Of a DNA stretch of 64,000 nt, positions 46,438 to 58,833 are shown one piece after another. The DNA comes from Zancudomyces culisetae HAW-14-8 (lineage: Eukaryota > Fungi > Kickxellomycota). Under the pieces are notes generated by a model, which did not search any database, was not told the origin of the DNA, and saw only the letters and a list, made by a program, of their open reading frames with translations. Positions within the stretch are counted from its first letter, which is position 1, and every line of letters starts with the position of its first letter. The stretch is from contig JBNJNM010000013.1 in the NCBI GenBank assembly GCA_052426225.1, positions 806,001-870,000 on the forward strand, in the 5' to 3' direction. The position numbers and the translations under genes were made by a program.

Positions 46438-49368
46438 ATGTTATCAAGGATATCCAGGGTCGGTCACGAGAATCTTGCTCTTAAATATGCAAAGTTAAAA
46501 ATCTTTACGAAGAGTAGTGCTTTGAAGAGCTTAGTGGGCTTGGCAAAATTTCAAACTGATAAGTTTACTTGCAAATCCGATACCGAACATATTCATTACC
46601 AACCGATAAGACCACACACCCTAATACAGTCACAAATTCATACAAAGAACCGAAAACAGAGCAGGATAGTTAATTTTTCCGGTACGGGAGGTCGATATTT
46701 TACTAGAATAGCTCTACCCAGGTACTACTCGAATTTCGTATATAATAGCAAAAAAGTACATGTTAAACAGAATGGTAAACAGAATGAATACAGCATTTCT
46801 GAGTATAATTACCATGGCTTCACCGGAAATACATTGCCAGTAAAATCGAAATTTGCAAATAAAAATGGAAGAAAAAGTTCAAGGTTCACGTCTCTGTTTA
46901 TTTTTTCGGGGTTTTTAACAGCATATCTAAGCTATTGCGAACTAAACGGGGACGAGAATGACAGAATCTTGCAACAAATGCAAAAAGAACTCTGTAAATT
47001 ATACAAAAAATTGAAAAAGGTGATAGTATACAACTTTTCGTACCACTGTTTTACCAATGTAGCCGCAATAGAAGAATATTCTAGCACAATTTCAGATACT
47101 GAACAAAAACATGCCACTGAATTGGAGGAGGAAGTAAAACTTGAAAGAAAAATAACGCTATTTGGTGGAATACTTAAACTAGAGTTTGTACATAAAATCT
47201 TTTTGCGGTTAAACGCATTAACGAGTCAATTAATGGATAATATAAGAAGTGCTATCGCATCTGGGCATATCTATGGAGAAAAGTTTCTAAAAAAGTATAA
47301 CGAGCACATTAGAGAACCAGGGATGGTATTAATTAGATTTATACAACTTGTGATGATATTTATTCCCATAATAGCAACATATCCAGTAACCTATTTCGGA
47401 GAAATCGACGACAAAAAAGATGGGGAAACTAAAGGAACGCTGTGGTGGTACAAGTTTTTTGCGAATCAGATGAAAATAGCAGGGCCCACTTTTGTTAAAC
47501 TTTCGCAATGGGCAGCAACTAGGTCTGATGTTTTTCCACCACAGTTCTGCGCAGAGTTAAGTCACCTGCATTCAAAAAACAAACCACACAAGTTTATCCA
47601 CACCAAGAAATGTATAGCAGAGACATATGGTGGTATCAAAGATATTGAGGCGATTTTTGAATGGATTGAAGAGGAACCAATAGGCGCTGGAGCCATTGCA
47701 CAAGTACACAAAGCCAAGTTGAGGGAGGAGGCTGTAGACTACATAGTTGCGAGATCAGCACTTTATTTTGGCTCGGTTACGGACACAAGCACCGGTGAAG
47801 CCGGAGAAAATGGTATCTTTGTGTCGACAGGGCCGGTATCAATAACACTCGAAGACAACTCTACTGCTCGGAAAGAGTATACAGGTCAAGATTCAAACTC
47901 TTCAGTTGATACTAATGCAAAGCAATCTACTTCCAATAGGCCAAACTTGAAGTTGGAGGTGGGACAGCACTGCGTGCTAACCAAAGATGACTTGGTTAAT
48001 CTAAAGGAAACACTAAAAAAAAACCGCGAGGTGGCTATCAAGGTTTTGCACCCAGACTCAGAAAAGCTGGTGTTGAGAGATTTGAAAATAATGTCATTTT
48101 TTGCAAAGACTTTGTGCTACATTCCAACAATAAAGTGGCTTTCACTTGTGGAAGAAGTAATGGTCTTTGGACAGATGATGAAAAGTCAATTAAACCTGCG
48201 AGAGGAGGCATCAAATCTGTTGGTGTTTTCCAAAAACTTTTCTGAACAAAAGGGTGTCCGCTTTCCGGTACCACTCCTACCAATTACTGGGAAACAGGTT
48301 CTTGTAGAAACATACTCTGATGGTGTTCCAGTAAGCGTGTTTATGAAGAACGCCGGAAGCGAGTTTGACAAAATCATTGCATCAGCTGGGTTGGATTCGT
48401 TCATGAGGATGATGATATGGGATAATTTTACTCATGCTGATCTACATCCTGGAAATATACTAGTGTCGTTTGTCCCTCCTCCCCCGCTATCTCGTTCTCT
48501 TCGTTTGTTTAACAAACTGACTAGAAAAATTGATCCAAAATCATTTGAGCCAGCTATTTTGGATTCTGTTGAAGGAAAAGAATTTGAGTCTATTAAAAAT
48601 AGAATTGATCTGGATAATTTACCCACCGAATCCGAAGTCAATAGAACCGTTGCTGAACTTTCTAAAACAAAAACAGAGCTACTGGCATATTTAGATCAAC
48701 TATATACCCTTGGATATCGACCAGACCTGGTATATTTAGATGCTGGCTTGGTTACTGTCCTCAACGATGTGCACCGTCGTAATTTTTTGGAGCTTTTCGA
48801 TGCCATCTGCTCTTTTGATGGCGAACGCGCAGGATATGCTATGATAGAGCGATGTACTTCGCCCGAACTTGTTGTCGAACCGGAAATATATGCTAAAAAG
48901 ATCGAACAAATGGTTGAGAACGTCAGACTGAACTCCCTGAGTCTGGGAAAAGTCAGTGCATCCAGTATTCTAAATCAGACAATGGATGCCGTTAGGCAAC
49001 ATCGTGTAAAATTAGATCCAAACTCAGTCAACCTTTGTGTCGCAATTTTGGTTGTTGAGGGGATCGGTCGTAAGCTGTACCCAGATTTGGATCTTCTGCG
49101 TGCCTCCCTACCCATACTGAGAGACTTTTTCCGGTTTGAGGCACAATCCCGAATTCTAAATCAACAAAAAAACCCTCCTTCAATGATTCCTCCTCCTTCA
49201 GGTAGCGAGGACAGTGCCACTTCCGTGTTTTCTGGCATAAATCTTGATATGCTCAAGATCTGGGTCTATGTAGAAGCCAGGGAATATTTTGATAGAGTTG
49301 TTAACTGGGGATCTGACGAGGCAGAGTTTTTTGGGCCATTTGCACCTGCTTTATCCTTCTATTTTTAG
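46438..49368 (+). CDS. Mitochondrial ABC1/UbiB atypical kinase (ADCK2 / yeast Cqd1-like)
   Basis: Basic presequence-like N-terminus. GPTFVKLSQWAATRSD, IGAGAIAQVH, VAIKVLHP, HADLHPGNI, LDAGL and VEGIGRKL. Confidence 0.88.
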   Translation: MLSRISRVGHENLALKYAKLKIFTKSSALKSLVGLAKFQTDKFTCKSDTEHIHYQPIRPHTLIQSQIHTKNRKQSRIVNFSGTGGRYFTRIALPRYYSNFVYNSKKVHVKQNGKQNEYSISEYNYHGFTGNTLPVKSKFANKNGRKSSRFTSLFIFSGFLTAYLSYCELNGDENDRILQQMQKELCKLYKKLKKVIVYNFSYHCFTNVAAIEEYSSTISDTEQKHATELEEEVKLERKITLFGGILKLEFVHKIFLRLNALTSQLMDNIRSAIASGHIYGEKFLKKYNEHIREPGMVLIRFIQLVMIFIPIIATYPVTYFGEIDDKKDGETKGTLWWYKFFANQMKIAGPTFVKLSQWAATRSDVFPPQFCAELSHLHSKNKPHKFIHTKKCIAETYGGIKDIEAIFEWIEEEPIGAGAIAQVHKAKLREEAVDYIVARSALYFGSVTDTSTGEAGENGIFVSTGPVSITLEDNSTARKEYTGQDSNSSVDTNAKQSTSNRPNLKLEVGQHCVLTKDDLVNLKETLKKNREVAIKVLHPDSEKLVLRDLKIMSFFAKTLCYIPTIKWLSLVEEVMVFGQMMKSQLNLREEASNLLVFSKNFSEQKGVRFPVPLLPITGKQVLVETYSDGVPVSVFMKNAGSEFDKIIASAGLDSFMRMMIWDNFTHADLHPGNILVSFVPPPPLSRSLRLFNKLTRKIDPKSFEPAILDSVEGKEFESIKNRIDLDNLPTESEVNRTVAELSKTKTELLAYLDQLYTLGYRPDLVYLDAGLVTVLNDVHRRNFLELFDAICSFDGERAGYAMIERCTSPELVVEPEIYAKKIEQMVENVRLNSLSLGKVSASSILNQTMDAVRQHRVKLDPNSVNLCVAILVVEGIGRKLYPDLDLLRASLPILRDFFRFEAQSRILNQQKNPPSMIPPPSGSEDSATSVFSGINLDMLKIWVYVEAREYFDRVVNWGSDEAEFFGPFAPALSFYF

Positions 49369-49612
49369 ATAGCTTGTGGCTAAACACATGTCCTTTTTCT
49401 CTCGGCCAATCGTGGTTTCCAATTTGTCCACGCCAGTTAAATATACTGGAAAAAGAGGCTCAATAATCTGATCTTTTAAGTTGTTAGCAGTAGCCACGGC
49501 CATAGGAAAAATGACACTTAGTTTGTTTTAGCATCTGCCAAGGTTTATTTTTATTCTAAGAAAGTAAACTGGGTATGAAAGAAAGAAAAAATATATATTT
49601 GAAACCGTTTAA

Positions 49613-50719
49613 TTATTCATCTTGCTTAATTATTCCTTCTTTTCTAAGGAACTCTTCCAGTTGTCCTGTCCTGTGCATATCCAGCATTATATCGCACCCT
49701 CCAACAAACTCGCCGTTTACATACACCTGTGGAATAGTGGGCCATTTTCTATTACATTGTGTTGTTTGTTAATACCATCCATCATCAAGTGTCTCACTAT
49801 TTCTTAAAAATGACACAGTTTTCTTGTATATTTATATATATAGTTGAAAGTCAAAAGTAACTTACGAAAAATCTTTAATTCCCTGGCGCAGCTCTGGATC
49901 CTCCAAACAGTTTATTCCGTTGATGTTGTCAATTCCATTCATTTGTAGAATCTGTACTACAGCCTTGCTAAATCCGCACTATATATAATAAAGTTCATTC
50001 ACACAACAAACGATTAGGTGCTACTATGATCTTTGCACGTCAATTATGCATATTTTTGTATCAGCTTTTCAAAATTAAGTGCATGGCTTATTTCTCGTAC
50101 CTGTGGTTCGCTTACGGTTCCCTTCATAAACACTGTAACTGGAGACGCCTTTATGTGCTATTTTAGTTATACAAATATGCTATCCAGTAAGCAACCTTAA
50201 AAGCTTTGAATGTTTAAAAAACCGGCATTCAACCCGCTAGAACAAATATTGCTAAATAAAGCATTCAGAAGTGACAAATAGTGATTTTTTGAAACGTTTT
50301 AGTGTTCTTAATGATAGTATTAACGTATTTATCACTTAATTTATTTATATATTTGTACAATATCGCATAAATCATTACATTTTCTATTTCGGTTCTAATC
50401 TTTTCGCTCAAAAATCTCGTCGAACCAACGCCGTTCAGGGTTATACCCTTTTGTGCTTGGAACGCCTTGATAAAGTTGTTTCTCTGTAGTGATACCTAAA
50501 ATATACGGATATTAGTATATGTTTGGTTAGTTGGTGCGCTTCATGCTTTACTCCCCCTTTTTATTGACTTTTGTGATTTTGTGATCATGTTATTTGGATA
50601 TTGATATTAAGCAGCTTTGAACCTAGTTTTGAAGCTATATATTGTAAGAAGACAGTAAGGCGCGCAACGTGCTACACTGATGTGTGATAAACACTTACCT
50701 TGTTGATGGATCTAAACAT
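49613..50719 (-). CDS. GRX5: Mitochondrial monothiol glutaredoxin. Exons 50719-50699, 50495-50379, 50157-50101, 49978-49866, 49748-49613
   Basis: Manual splicing gives [48 protein letters not shown]. All introns are GT-AG and in phase. Not in the ORF track. Confidence 0.93.
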
Positions 50720-51410
50720 TTTTGCTTGATTTATCTCGTACTATCTGTGCTTTTTCTTATATTTTAACCCTAATTAGCTACAATCTCAAGTATTGCCAAC
50801 ATTTTTTTTTCTCCACTTTGCAATGAATCATGAGATTAAATTTTTTTTTTCCCAAGCGTTCCTTGGATTGTCTTTTTTCAAACACAACGAATTGGTTATC
50901 CAGTTTTATTTGCTTACCTAATGGACACATACAAATTTAGCAATGGGGCCATAGACAACAGGTAAAAAAATCTGGTCATGTTACAAATCCAGCTCTATCT
51001 CCAACCGCAATTCTAGCTCTAAAAGGATGTCAAAAAAACAACCAGTGTTACAATAATTTAGCGTTTTTTTTTCAACTTGATCCAAAATGAACGAATATGT
51101 ATGGGCATTTGATTATTACAATGTAGAAGTGTAGATAGGTGCGCTAGCAGATTTATTAAACTATATAAAAGCATCTGCGTTGAAACTGGTGCTATAAAAG
51201 GCATATCTTTCAACCCACCCAAAAAACTATACCTGATCATTAATTACTTTTTTTAATATCAATCAAACTAGCTTTCATAACTATCTTCTCATTACGTAAA
51301 GCCATGGTCTATTAATAGCTTAAAAGATATTTATTTTTTGATGCAGAATAACATGGGCTCTTCACAAATGAAACGGAATGGGAAGAGTATAGCTCCACTG
51401 CCACTAAGCA

Positions 51411-52539
51411 CTAGTTTTTGGGGGGACAATACGATCTTTCGACAGAAACAAGCAATGCGTAAACGGTTTCAAGTATTGGAACAGCGACGCCACACTTCTT
51501 TGCCGCAACAATTGTGTTTTTTACTATCACCTCGTGCTCCATTGGTCTTTTGTTGATGCAATCCACCATCATCGAGGGATACACTGGTGCATCTCTGTCT
51601 CTTGTGTACTTCAGAACAGACTCTGGAGAATCTTGCCCAGCAACTGGTGGTACTTTTTTTCCTAAAACAGCTTCGCCAACCCTGTATAACTCAGCCATGG
51701 CATCAAGAAGAAGTTGACGTGTTGGGGGGAAATCAATAAGCTCTTTGCTATCTTTACATCCAGCCACCACTGAAATAGGATTGAATGATCCATTCCAGAT
51801 TATTTTTGACCAGCGGTATTCCTGGACATTATCCTGGACATTTATACCCATGTTACCAGCTGTGAATACATTTTTAATGTCCTCTAGAATATGTGCGTTA
51901 TCCTTGTTGTATGCATTAAGGTCATCCCCCTCCTTGACATAAAATCCACATACTATAAAGTTGGTTCCACCGTGTCTAATGATTCCACTTTGGGTCTGAT
52001 CGACGTCTATGTACGCAATTCCAGAAATAATTGGGTTGTTTGGGAATCTGACTCTTACGGGTTCTTCAATACCAATTCCATTTTGAACCAACACTATCAC
52101 GGTTTTGTCGCTGATAATGTATGGAGCGACTACCTCTGCGGGGTCATACAAGTTGGGCAAACACTTTGTACACACGATCACATAGTCAAAGACATTGTTA
52201 CCAGCAACTGCTTCCTCCCCATTGGAGTATACAGCATCCGGAATGAATTGTACCGGGTCCATTTTTCCTGAAGTAATGGTGTAACCCGTTTCTTTTACTA
52301 CCTTAAAGTTGGAACGGCAGACCATTGCAACATGTGCGCCACCTTCTTGTAGTCGCCAGCCATATACTGATCCAACAGCGCCACCACCGACTATTTTTAT
52401 TTACGGTATGATAAAATAGCTTGTTATGATAATCGGCACTGTGTACACAAAATAAAGAATAATTATAACTCTCAACTCGACTTCAGGATTGATTATGCTT
52501 ACCGATCAGAATCTTGCGTTTGGAGGTTTCAGCCGTCAT
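51411..52539 (-). CDS. 2-dehydropantoate 2-reductase (ApbA/PanE family). Exons 52539-52503 and 52390-51411
   Basis: Rossmann motif ILIVGGGAVG across the intron. DYVIVCTK, VQNGIG, WSKIIWN..FNP and SMMVD..RPME. Confidence 0.9.
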
Positions 52540-55504
52540 GTTTTCTATCTCACAATAATGGTAAATGATAAATAAGAGTTATTTTGTTTGTGCTAGAAGG
52601 AAAGAGAAGAAAACGTTGGTATAAATGGTTATTTTGACAAAACTACTCACTTTGAAACATCTCGTATTTATTGCTTTTGATTCGAGCAACTTGAGCCCGA
52701 CAAAACCCATTTTTTTGAAAGAATTTGGTGTTTTTTCGGTTTTACCAGCTATTTTCTTCGATTCCTACTCGAAGTGGCAACGTGTTCCCCTACATGATTC
52801 GCTTGGTATTGACGAAGTTAGCGAATAAAAATAGGTTAAAGAGCAAGCATGAAATAGCGTGCGGATTTCTTATCTAAAATGGCTGACAGTTACCGTTTAA
52901 TTACTCATTTTCGAGAAATAAGGGGGTGTGAAATGCTTAGTAATTTTCTGAAACATATTCATATTCTTCATGATTCTAGGATTTTGACGGATAAAGTGCA
53001 GAGTTTGCATTTTATTTTTTTCCAGTTTTGTTCACGTTTTGATCGTAGACTGTGTTCTTGTTATATGTTTAGGAGTACTATTATTGCTCTAGGAAGATTT
53101 AGCGGAATTAATTCTAGAAACACCCTCAAAACAACAAAAATGTTTATACCTCAGTACCCTTTGTCGGAGGGTTTTTGTGACAGAAACGCTGAAGCATAGC
53201 TGCAAATATATTGTACATAAGGGTGCTTCCAGTAATCATAAACGAGCAAGGGTATAGGATATCTCTTGCATGAATACAATTCATTTGTGAAATGCGCGTT
53301 GTCTGCTAAGCGCTTACTTATAAAGTATTACTTATGCTTGTATCCAGTACTTTTTATCCATCCTAAAAATCAATTCATTAAAGACAATGAGAGTGTTGAA
53401 AGCATTATATTATTACATTACATATTGGATAGTATATGTGCTACGTGACTTTATCTGTGTGAACTAGTGAATTGAAAGCAAGTAATGTGTCAGTTTTTAG
53501 ATCTATGCACCACCACGTGAAAATCTGAAACTGCCCTAAATGGGTATATTGCTGAAGTTATATGAACTCATAAATCTCTAGTAACTTGAGAACAGAAATT
53601 GTCAAAAATAGTAGACAAGACTGGCTACAACAATACAAAGTTATGAGGACGCTAATTGTGGCTATCCCCATTTAACACGCGACTTCCGTTTTCAAAAGTA
53701 TATATTGCTGTAGGTTTTATCAGATGTTTGTAACCATTGGGACATACTCTGGAAAATGAAATACCTTTTCAAACTCACACACCGCAAGTTATATCGCTTT
53801 GTATCGCCTCCCCCATTCTTAATGAAACCACAAAAGGTGGAAAATTTGAGTTTGTTAATAGCACCAAAAGTCTCGATATACTCTGATGCGCCTAACACCT
53901 CAAAGAATAGGAAATAAAAACAAAGAAACCAATATAGATTGACAGATTTCCATGGTAAACATGCTAACGTTAAAGACATATACAATGTTAAACCTGATAC
54001 CAATCTCAGCATGTTATAATTTGAAGTATGTACACAACCAGATATACAATATGCTAATACAAATAAAAACAAAAACAAATGTGATTGTTAAATCACGCCT
54101 AGTCTAGGCTGTATATTTTCTCAACAGGAAATTCTTGATTTGAACTCAGGAACTTGTCCATTCCAGTACAACTATCTTGTATTAATTTATGACGTCAGCA
54201 TCAATATTAGCAATGTATTTGGGAATCGCAGATATACATTGTATGCAGTCCACTACCTAATTCTAAAGCGTCGCTAATACCATGGTTACTTAAAAAATAA
54301 TTAAACTTTAACAAACAAGCAATGAATGAGCTGACTGATAAAACGCGTTGTTACAAAAAAGAAATACATTTTACTGATTTATCTTTTTAGATGCGATTTA
54401 TACATGTCCGCTTGGGGGTTGTGTTGTGGTTGAGAGGTGTTACACAAATTCAACCTATTCTCTTTGGGAGCAGCGTCCCTATTGGTATTCATAAGATGTC
54501 TGTTCACAAAACGTAGTGATATCTACACTAAGCTCAAGCGAAGAGTATTGTACTGAAAACCATATTTTAGATTTACCATTTAACAAAAAACAGTACTAGA
54601 ATACAATATCGACACTCGAGCCCTAGAACACTTTGTTGTAAACTTATTACAGCTTGATCTGTTGTTTATACGCCATAGATGAATATACACATGTATATGG
54701 TATGTTTGCTAGGGAAGACAAAAATAATTTTCTCAACTGAATAAATCCAGCGGGAAAATTCGTTTAGCTACAGTATGCCACTGATTTTTGTGAGCTATAA
54801 GTTCACATTCTAGAACAATAAGAATAAAATCCGTGCATGTATCAGTATCAACCCGTAAACTGTTGCATTAAGAAAGGAATGGGCCGAACAACACAAACAA
54901 TATGAATGCTTTGTTCGTCTGATTAAGTTTTAAATTAGCTAGGGCATCGCATCTTGATTGTTTTAAATGTATATACATAAAAAAAAGCAAATTCCCGTAA
55001 GCTTGGGGGTTTAGTGCTGACGAGTTTTGCGAATTTTCTCTTCTCTAGCAACAATTGTTTGTAAATGTTATTACTGATGCTGCAAATGAAGTAAAATTTG
55101 TTGTAGGCTTATGTAATCCAAAAAAATTATGCAATTTGTGGTTTATTCTAACCATTTTCTCTGGTTGCCTCGTATTTACACGCATTTAATTTGCCCTAAA
55201 AAAACATATTATTACAAGAATATTACCTTATTTTAAATAAGCCATGTTTTATTTTTTATCGTTTTATAAACCACATAAAGGGAAAATTGCTTATTGTTGA
55301 GCCAAAAAATAGATAAACATCAATAAGGCCTAGCAAGTATAAATAGTAATATTATCTTCGTTGTAGTTAAAGAAGCTACGTCATTGACCATTCCTTATTC
55401 ACATACTTTCTGGAATTCTCGACTCTTTTCAATTGTTATTAAACAATACAAAAAATTAAACAGAAAGCACTAGGCAATAAGCAATAAGCACACACAGTCT
55501 CAAA

Positions 55505-56427
55505 ATGAGCGTACCGATCAACTCTGGTAGCAAGTATGGTGTTCAAGGGTATCTGAATGCCGATAAAGGTAAATAGCTCCTAAGAGACAGTTCTATTTAT
55601 TTTACTATACTTATTACTCTCAAATTGCGGTAAACCTTGGTGAAAAATTTAAAATTTAAAATCTAAAGTTTAAAATTCAAATACTTTTACAATATAGATG
55701 GCGACTCTGGAAAGAGAAATATAAATATAAATAACCCAAACAATAAATTCAAACACTCACAGTACTTGGATTCTAATGTCGATTCAGATGCCGCAGAGCT
55801 CAACTCTTTTATTTTGAGCTCTGGGATAGAGCCACCACCAAACTCCTACGCCCAATCATACATAAAATCCAACGTGACGCTCAACAAGCTTGGACCAAAC
55901 GAGGTTAATCAGCGTGCCTTTTTTGAAGGTTGGAACGCACCACCAAACACACCGGCTTCTTTTAGTAGGCTTAGAAGTATGGGCGATTCTGGTATGAACA
56001 CCCTACCGGGAAATTCGTTTTTAGAAAGAAGACTGGGCAACTTGAGCCAAATTAAGTCGACTATTGATCAAAGAGTAGGAGAAAACGAACACGATGAAGC
56101 GTTGGAGACAGCAGAAAAGATTCAGAATATCGGAGACACTTCAAAAGGTGCCAACAAGGCTAGCAATGACCAAGACTCATCAATCAAGATGTTATACCAG
56201 GATTTGGGCACACTACTGAAAGGTGCGAAGGTTACTGAATCATCCGCATCTACTACCAAAAATACTGCACGTGTACAACCAGTCTTTAAAGGTAAGTATA
56301 TTTCGCATCCCTAAATAGTGATGGCATGTTTATTTATGCAGATTTCTGTTTATCTCACCTAAATTGTATCATTTGTAAATCAATAGACAATAACGCAGAT
56401 ACCGGTGATGTGTTTGATATGGATTAA
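55505..56427 (+). CDS. Hypothetical, probably disordered protein. Exons 55505-55568, 55698-56291, 56387-56427; ends GDVFDMD*
   Basis: The 182-aa ORF is flanked by in-phase GT-AG introns (GTAAAT..ATAG and GTAAGT..ATAG). AAAATG start context. Confidence 0.7.
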
Positions 56428-57778
56428 AAACCGATTAGCTTGCTTTTGGTATTAGTAGTATAGTGATTTTTTATATTGCCATTATTCTGTGTTTTATTAT
56501 TGCTTTATTAGTATTTGAATTATTTTGGAAACTTTGTTGAAAATCATCAAAAAGAACGTTCATAGTAGTTATACTCTCTATCTATTTAATGATTCAATGT
56601 GCTCATTATGTACGACCTTTCTATAGATCCTGTATGAAGGGTAACTTTGTACAACCAAAGTATCATATGCATACTTTTTTAGTCGTTGAAGCGTAAGCCA
56701 AATATATTATGAACCACAAAATTAAAAATAGTGCGCAAGATTACAATATACCCTACCAAAAAAAAGAACGGGTGAGTGCATCCGGCGAACTAGGGGAGTA
56801 ACAAAAACAAAGCTGAGATCTGCCATAATTTTTATAGTGATAGATATGTTCGTATTTATAAGCTATAATAAATATAGCATATTCCTGTTCTTGGTAAAAC
56901 AAACCACCAATCCACTGCTTCGCAGACGAACAAGCACACCATAGTGCAGCAACGGATGTGGCGCGATTTGGGTAACATCGAATGAATTGTTGGTAGTTGA
57001 GTGTGACCTTTGGCCTTATTGTCATTTTATTGGCGCGTTTATTGTTTTTTATGTTTTTATTACAAAAGAATCTAATTGTTTGATCATTTATAAGCGATTT
57101 TGCAACAATTTCTTGTTATCCAGTTATTTTTTAACGGGCCAAAAATGCTAAATAAAATTTTTTATACGGGGAGGGGGGGGGAGTGAAAATAGCCAGCTAG
57201 TTAACAAATGATTGATGGAACATCTCCCGAAAACAAACACTAATATATGGGGGAGGGGGAGGGGGAGGGGGAGAGAGAGGAGATAGTGAGGTTTAGTTTT
57301 ATAGCAAATTTTGTTGGAGTATCGTTCCCTTCCAAGGACCAACAGACTATTTCAAATCGAAAAATATGTGCAAAAAGGAGCATGAGCGTGGCATGGTAAC
57401 ACGCAAAAGCCGGCTGTCTTTGTCATTTTTTAAACTTTGAGTCCAACTTCTATGTTATGGGTCTTCAACAAGCAATATATTGTGTTTAGAATCTGGAGCG
57501 AAAGTCAAGCGATGTGTGGAAAAAAGAAGGGATGGAGAAAAAGGTGTTGTTATTTTTGCGTATTTTTCTCCATCCTAAACCACAGATTTAGAGTTATAGT
57601 TTTGCATCAATAAGTTTTGGTGATTTATGGGATTTTTTTTCAACAAATTTATTTATATTCAATGTGGACTCCGTCCTTTTTCCAAACATAAACCGAAAAA
57701 AAGAGCAAAAAAAGAGAAACCTTGCTAGTCAAAGCTAACAAGAAAAATACATTATATAACCCCAAACATAACTCAGCG

Positions 57779-58821
57779 ATGGCAACTTCAAAGAAAAATA
57801 TTACAGACAAGAATTACAAGGACATCTTTTTCTATGTCCCCAACCTGATTGGTAAATTTAACATTGATATTTGCTTTTACTTTGAATAAGTACATCTCAT
57901 GTAGAATCTCCGTACAATTGTTAGCCAAAAATACAAACATACATACTCAGCTATATTGATATATTCATAGGATACTTCAGGGTAATACTAACCATGGTGG
58001 CGGTATACTATATGTACTACGAAAGGCCCTTTCTATCTCTGCTCACCTATGGATTGTCCGAACTTCTCGATGCCGCTGATGGGTATTTTGCAAGAAAGTT
58101 GAACCAATGTAAGGCACACAATTTTTATAAGAAAACTTGGTTATTATTAGAATAAAAGAGAATTCTGGCAGTTTTTAAAGAGCACATTCATCAATCACGT
58201 TCTAAAAGAGTTTGTTTAAAAATAGGTTCAAAATTCGGGCAGGTTTTGGATATGGTTACAGATAGATGCACAACAACATGTCTCCTTGCGTACTTGGCGC
58301 AAATATATCCAACATTTATGATGCTGTTTTACTTTTTGATAGCACTAGATATCAGCTCACACTACATGCAAATGTTCTCTTCGCTAACCTGTGGGAATGC
58401 ATCGCATAAAGAGATCAATAAAAACGCAAACATCATACTCAGACTCTACTACACTGACCGCAGAATGTTGTTCTGGGTATGTTTCGCGAACGAAGCGTGC
58501 TTCCTTTGTTTGTACGTGCTGCACTACTTGGAACCTGGATTTTTCTGTAAGTTTATTTTCTTTATTCAACAATATATATGGGCAAAAAATATAAGCGTGG
58601 TAAACGGAGGTTGTAAAAATCGCTCTATTCAAAAGAAAGTAGCAAACGTATAATGATCATATTGCTGTAACATGAAATAACAACGATCAACTATAGATAA
58701 CCTTGTGCTGCTCATTGAAATTGTGTCCCTCCCTATAAGTCTATTAAAAAATGCAATCAACATCGTTCAGCTATGTGAGGCGAGCAAGCAGCTCGCAATA
58801 GTCGATGCCAAAAGTGCCTAG
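57779..58821 (+). CDS. PIS1: Phosphatidylinositol synthase. Exons 57779-57851, 57971-58108, 58226-58546, 58697-58821
   Basis: IFFYVPNLIGYFRV. CDP-alcohol phosphotransferase motif LDAADGYFARKLNQCSKFGQVLDMVTDR. LDISSHY and SHK. Confidence 0.95.
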
Positions 58822-58833
58822 ACATTTAAAAGC

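Noticed and set aside
53692-54078. 128-aa hydrophobic minus-strand ORF
   Set aside because: TTG start, composition of AT-rich non-coding DNA, no family motif.
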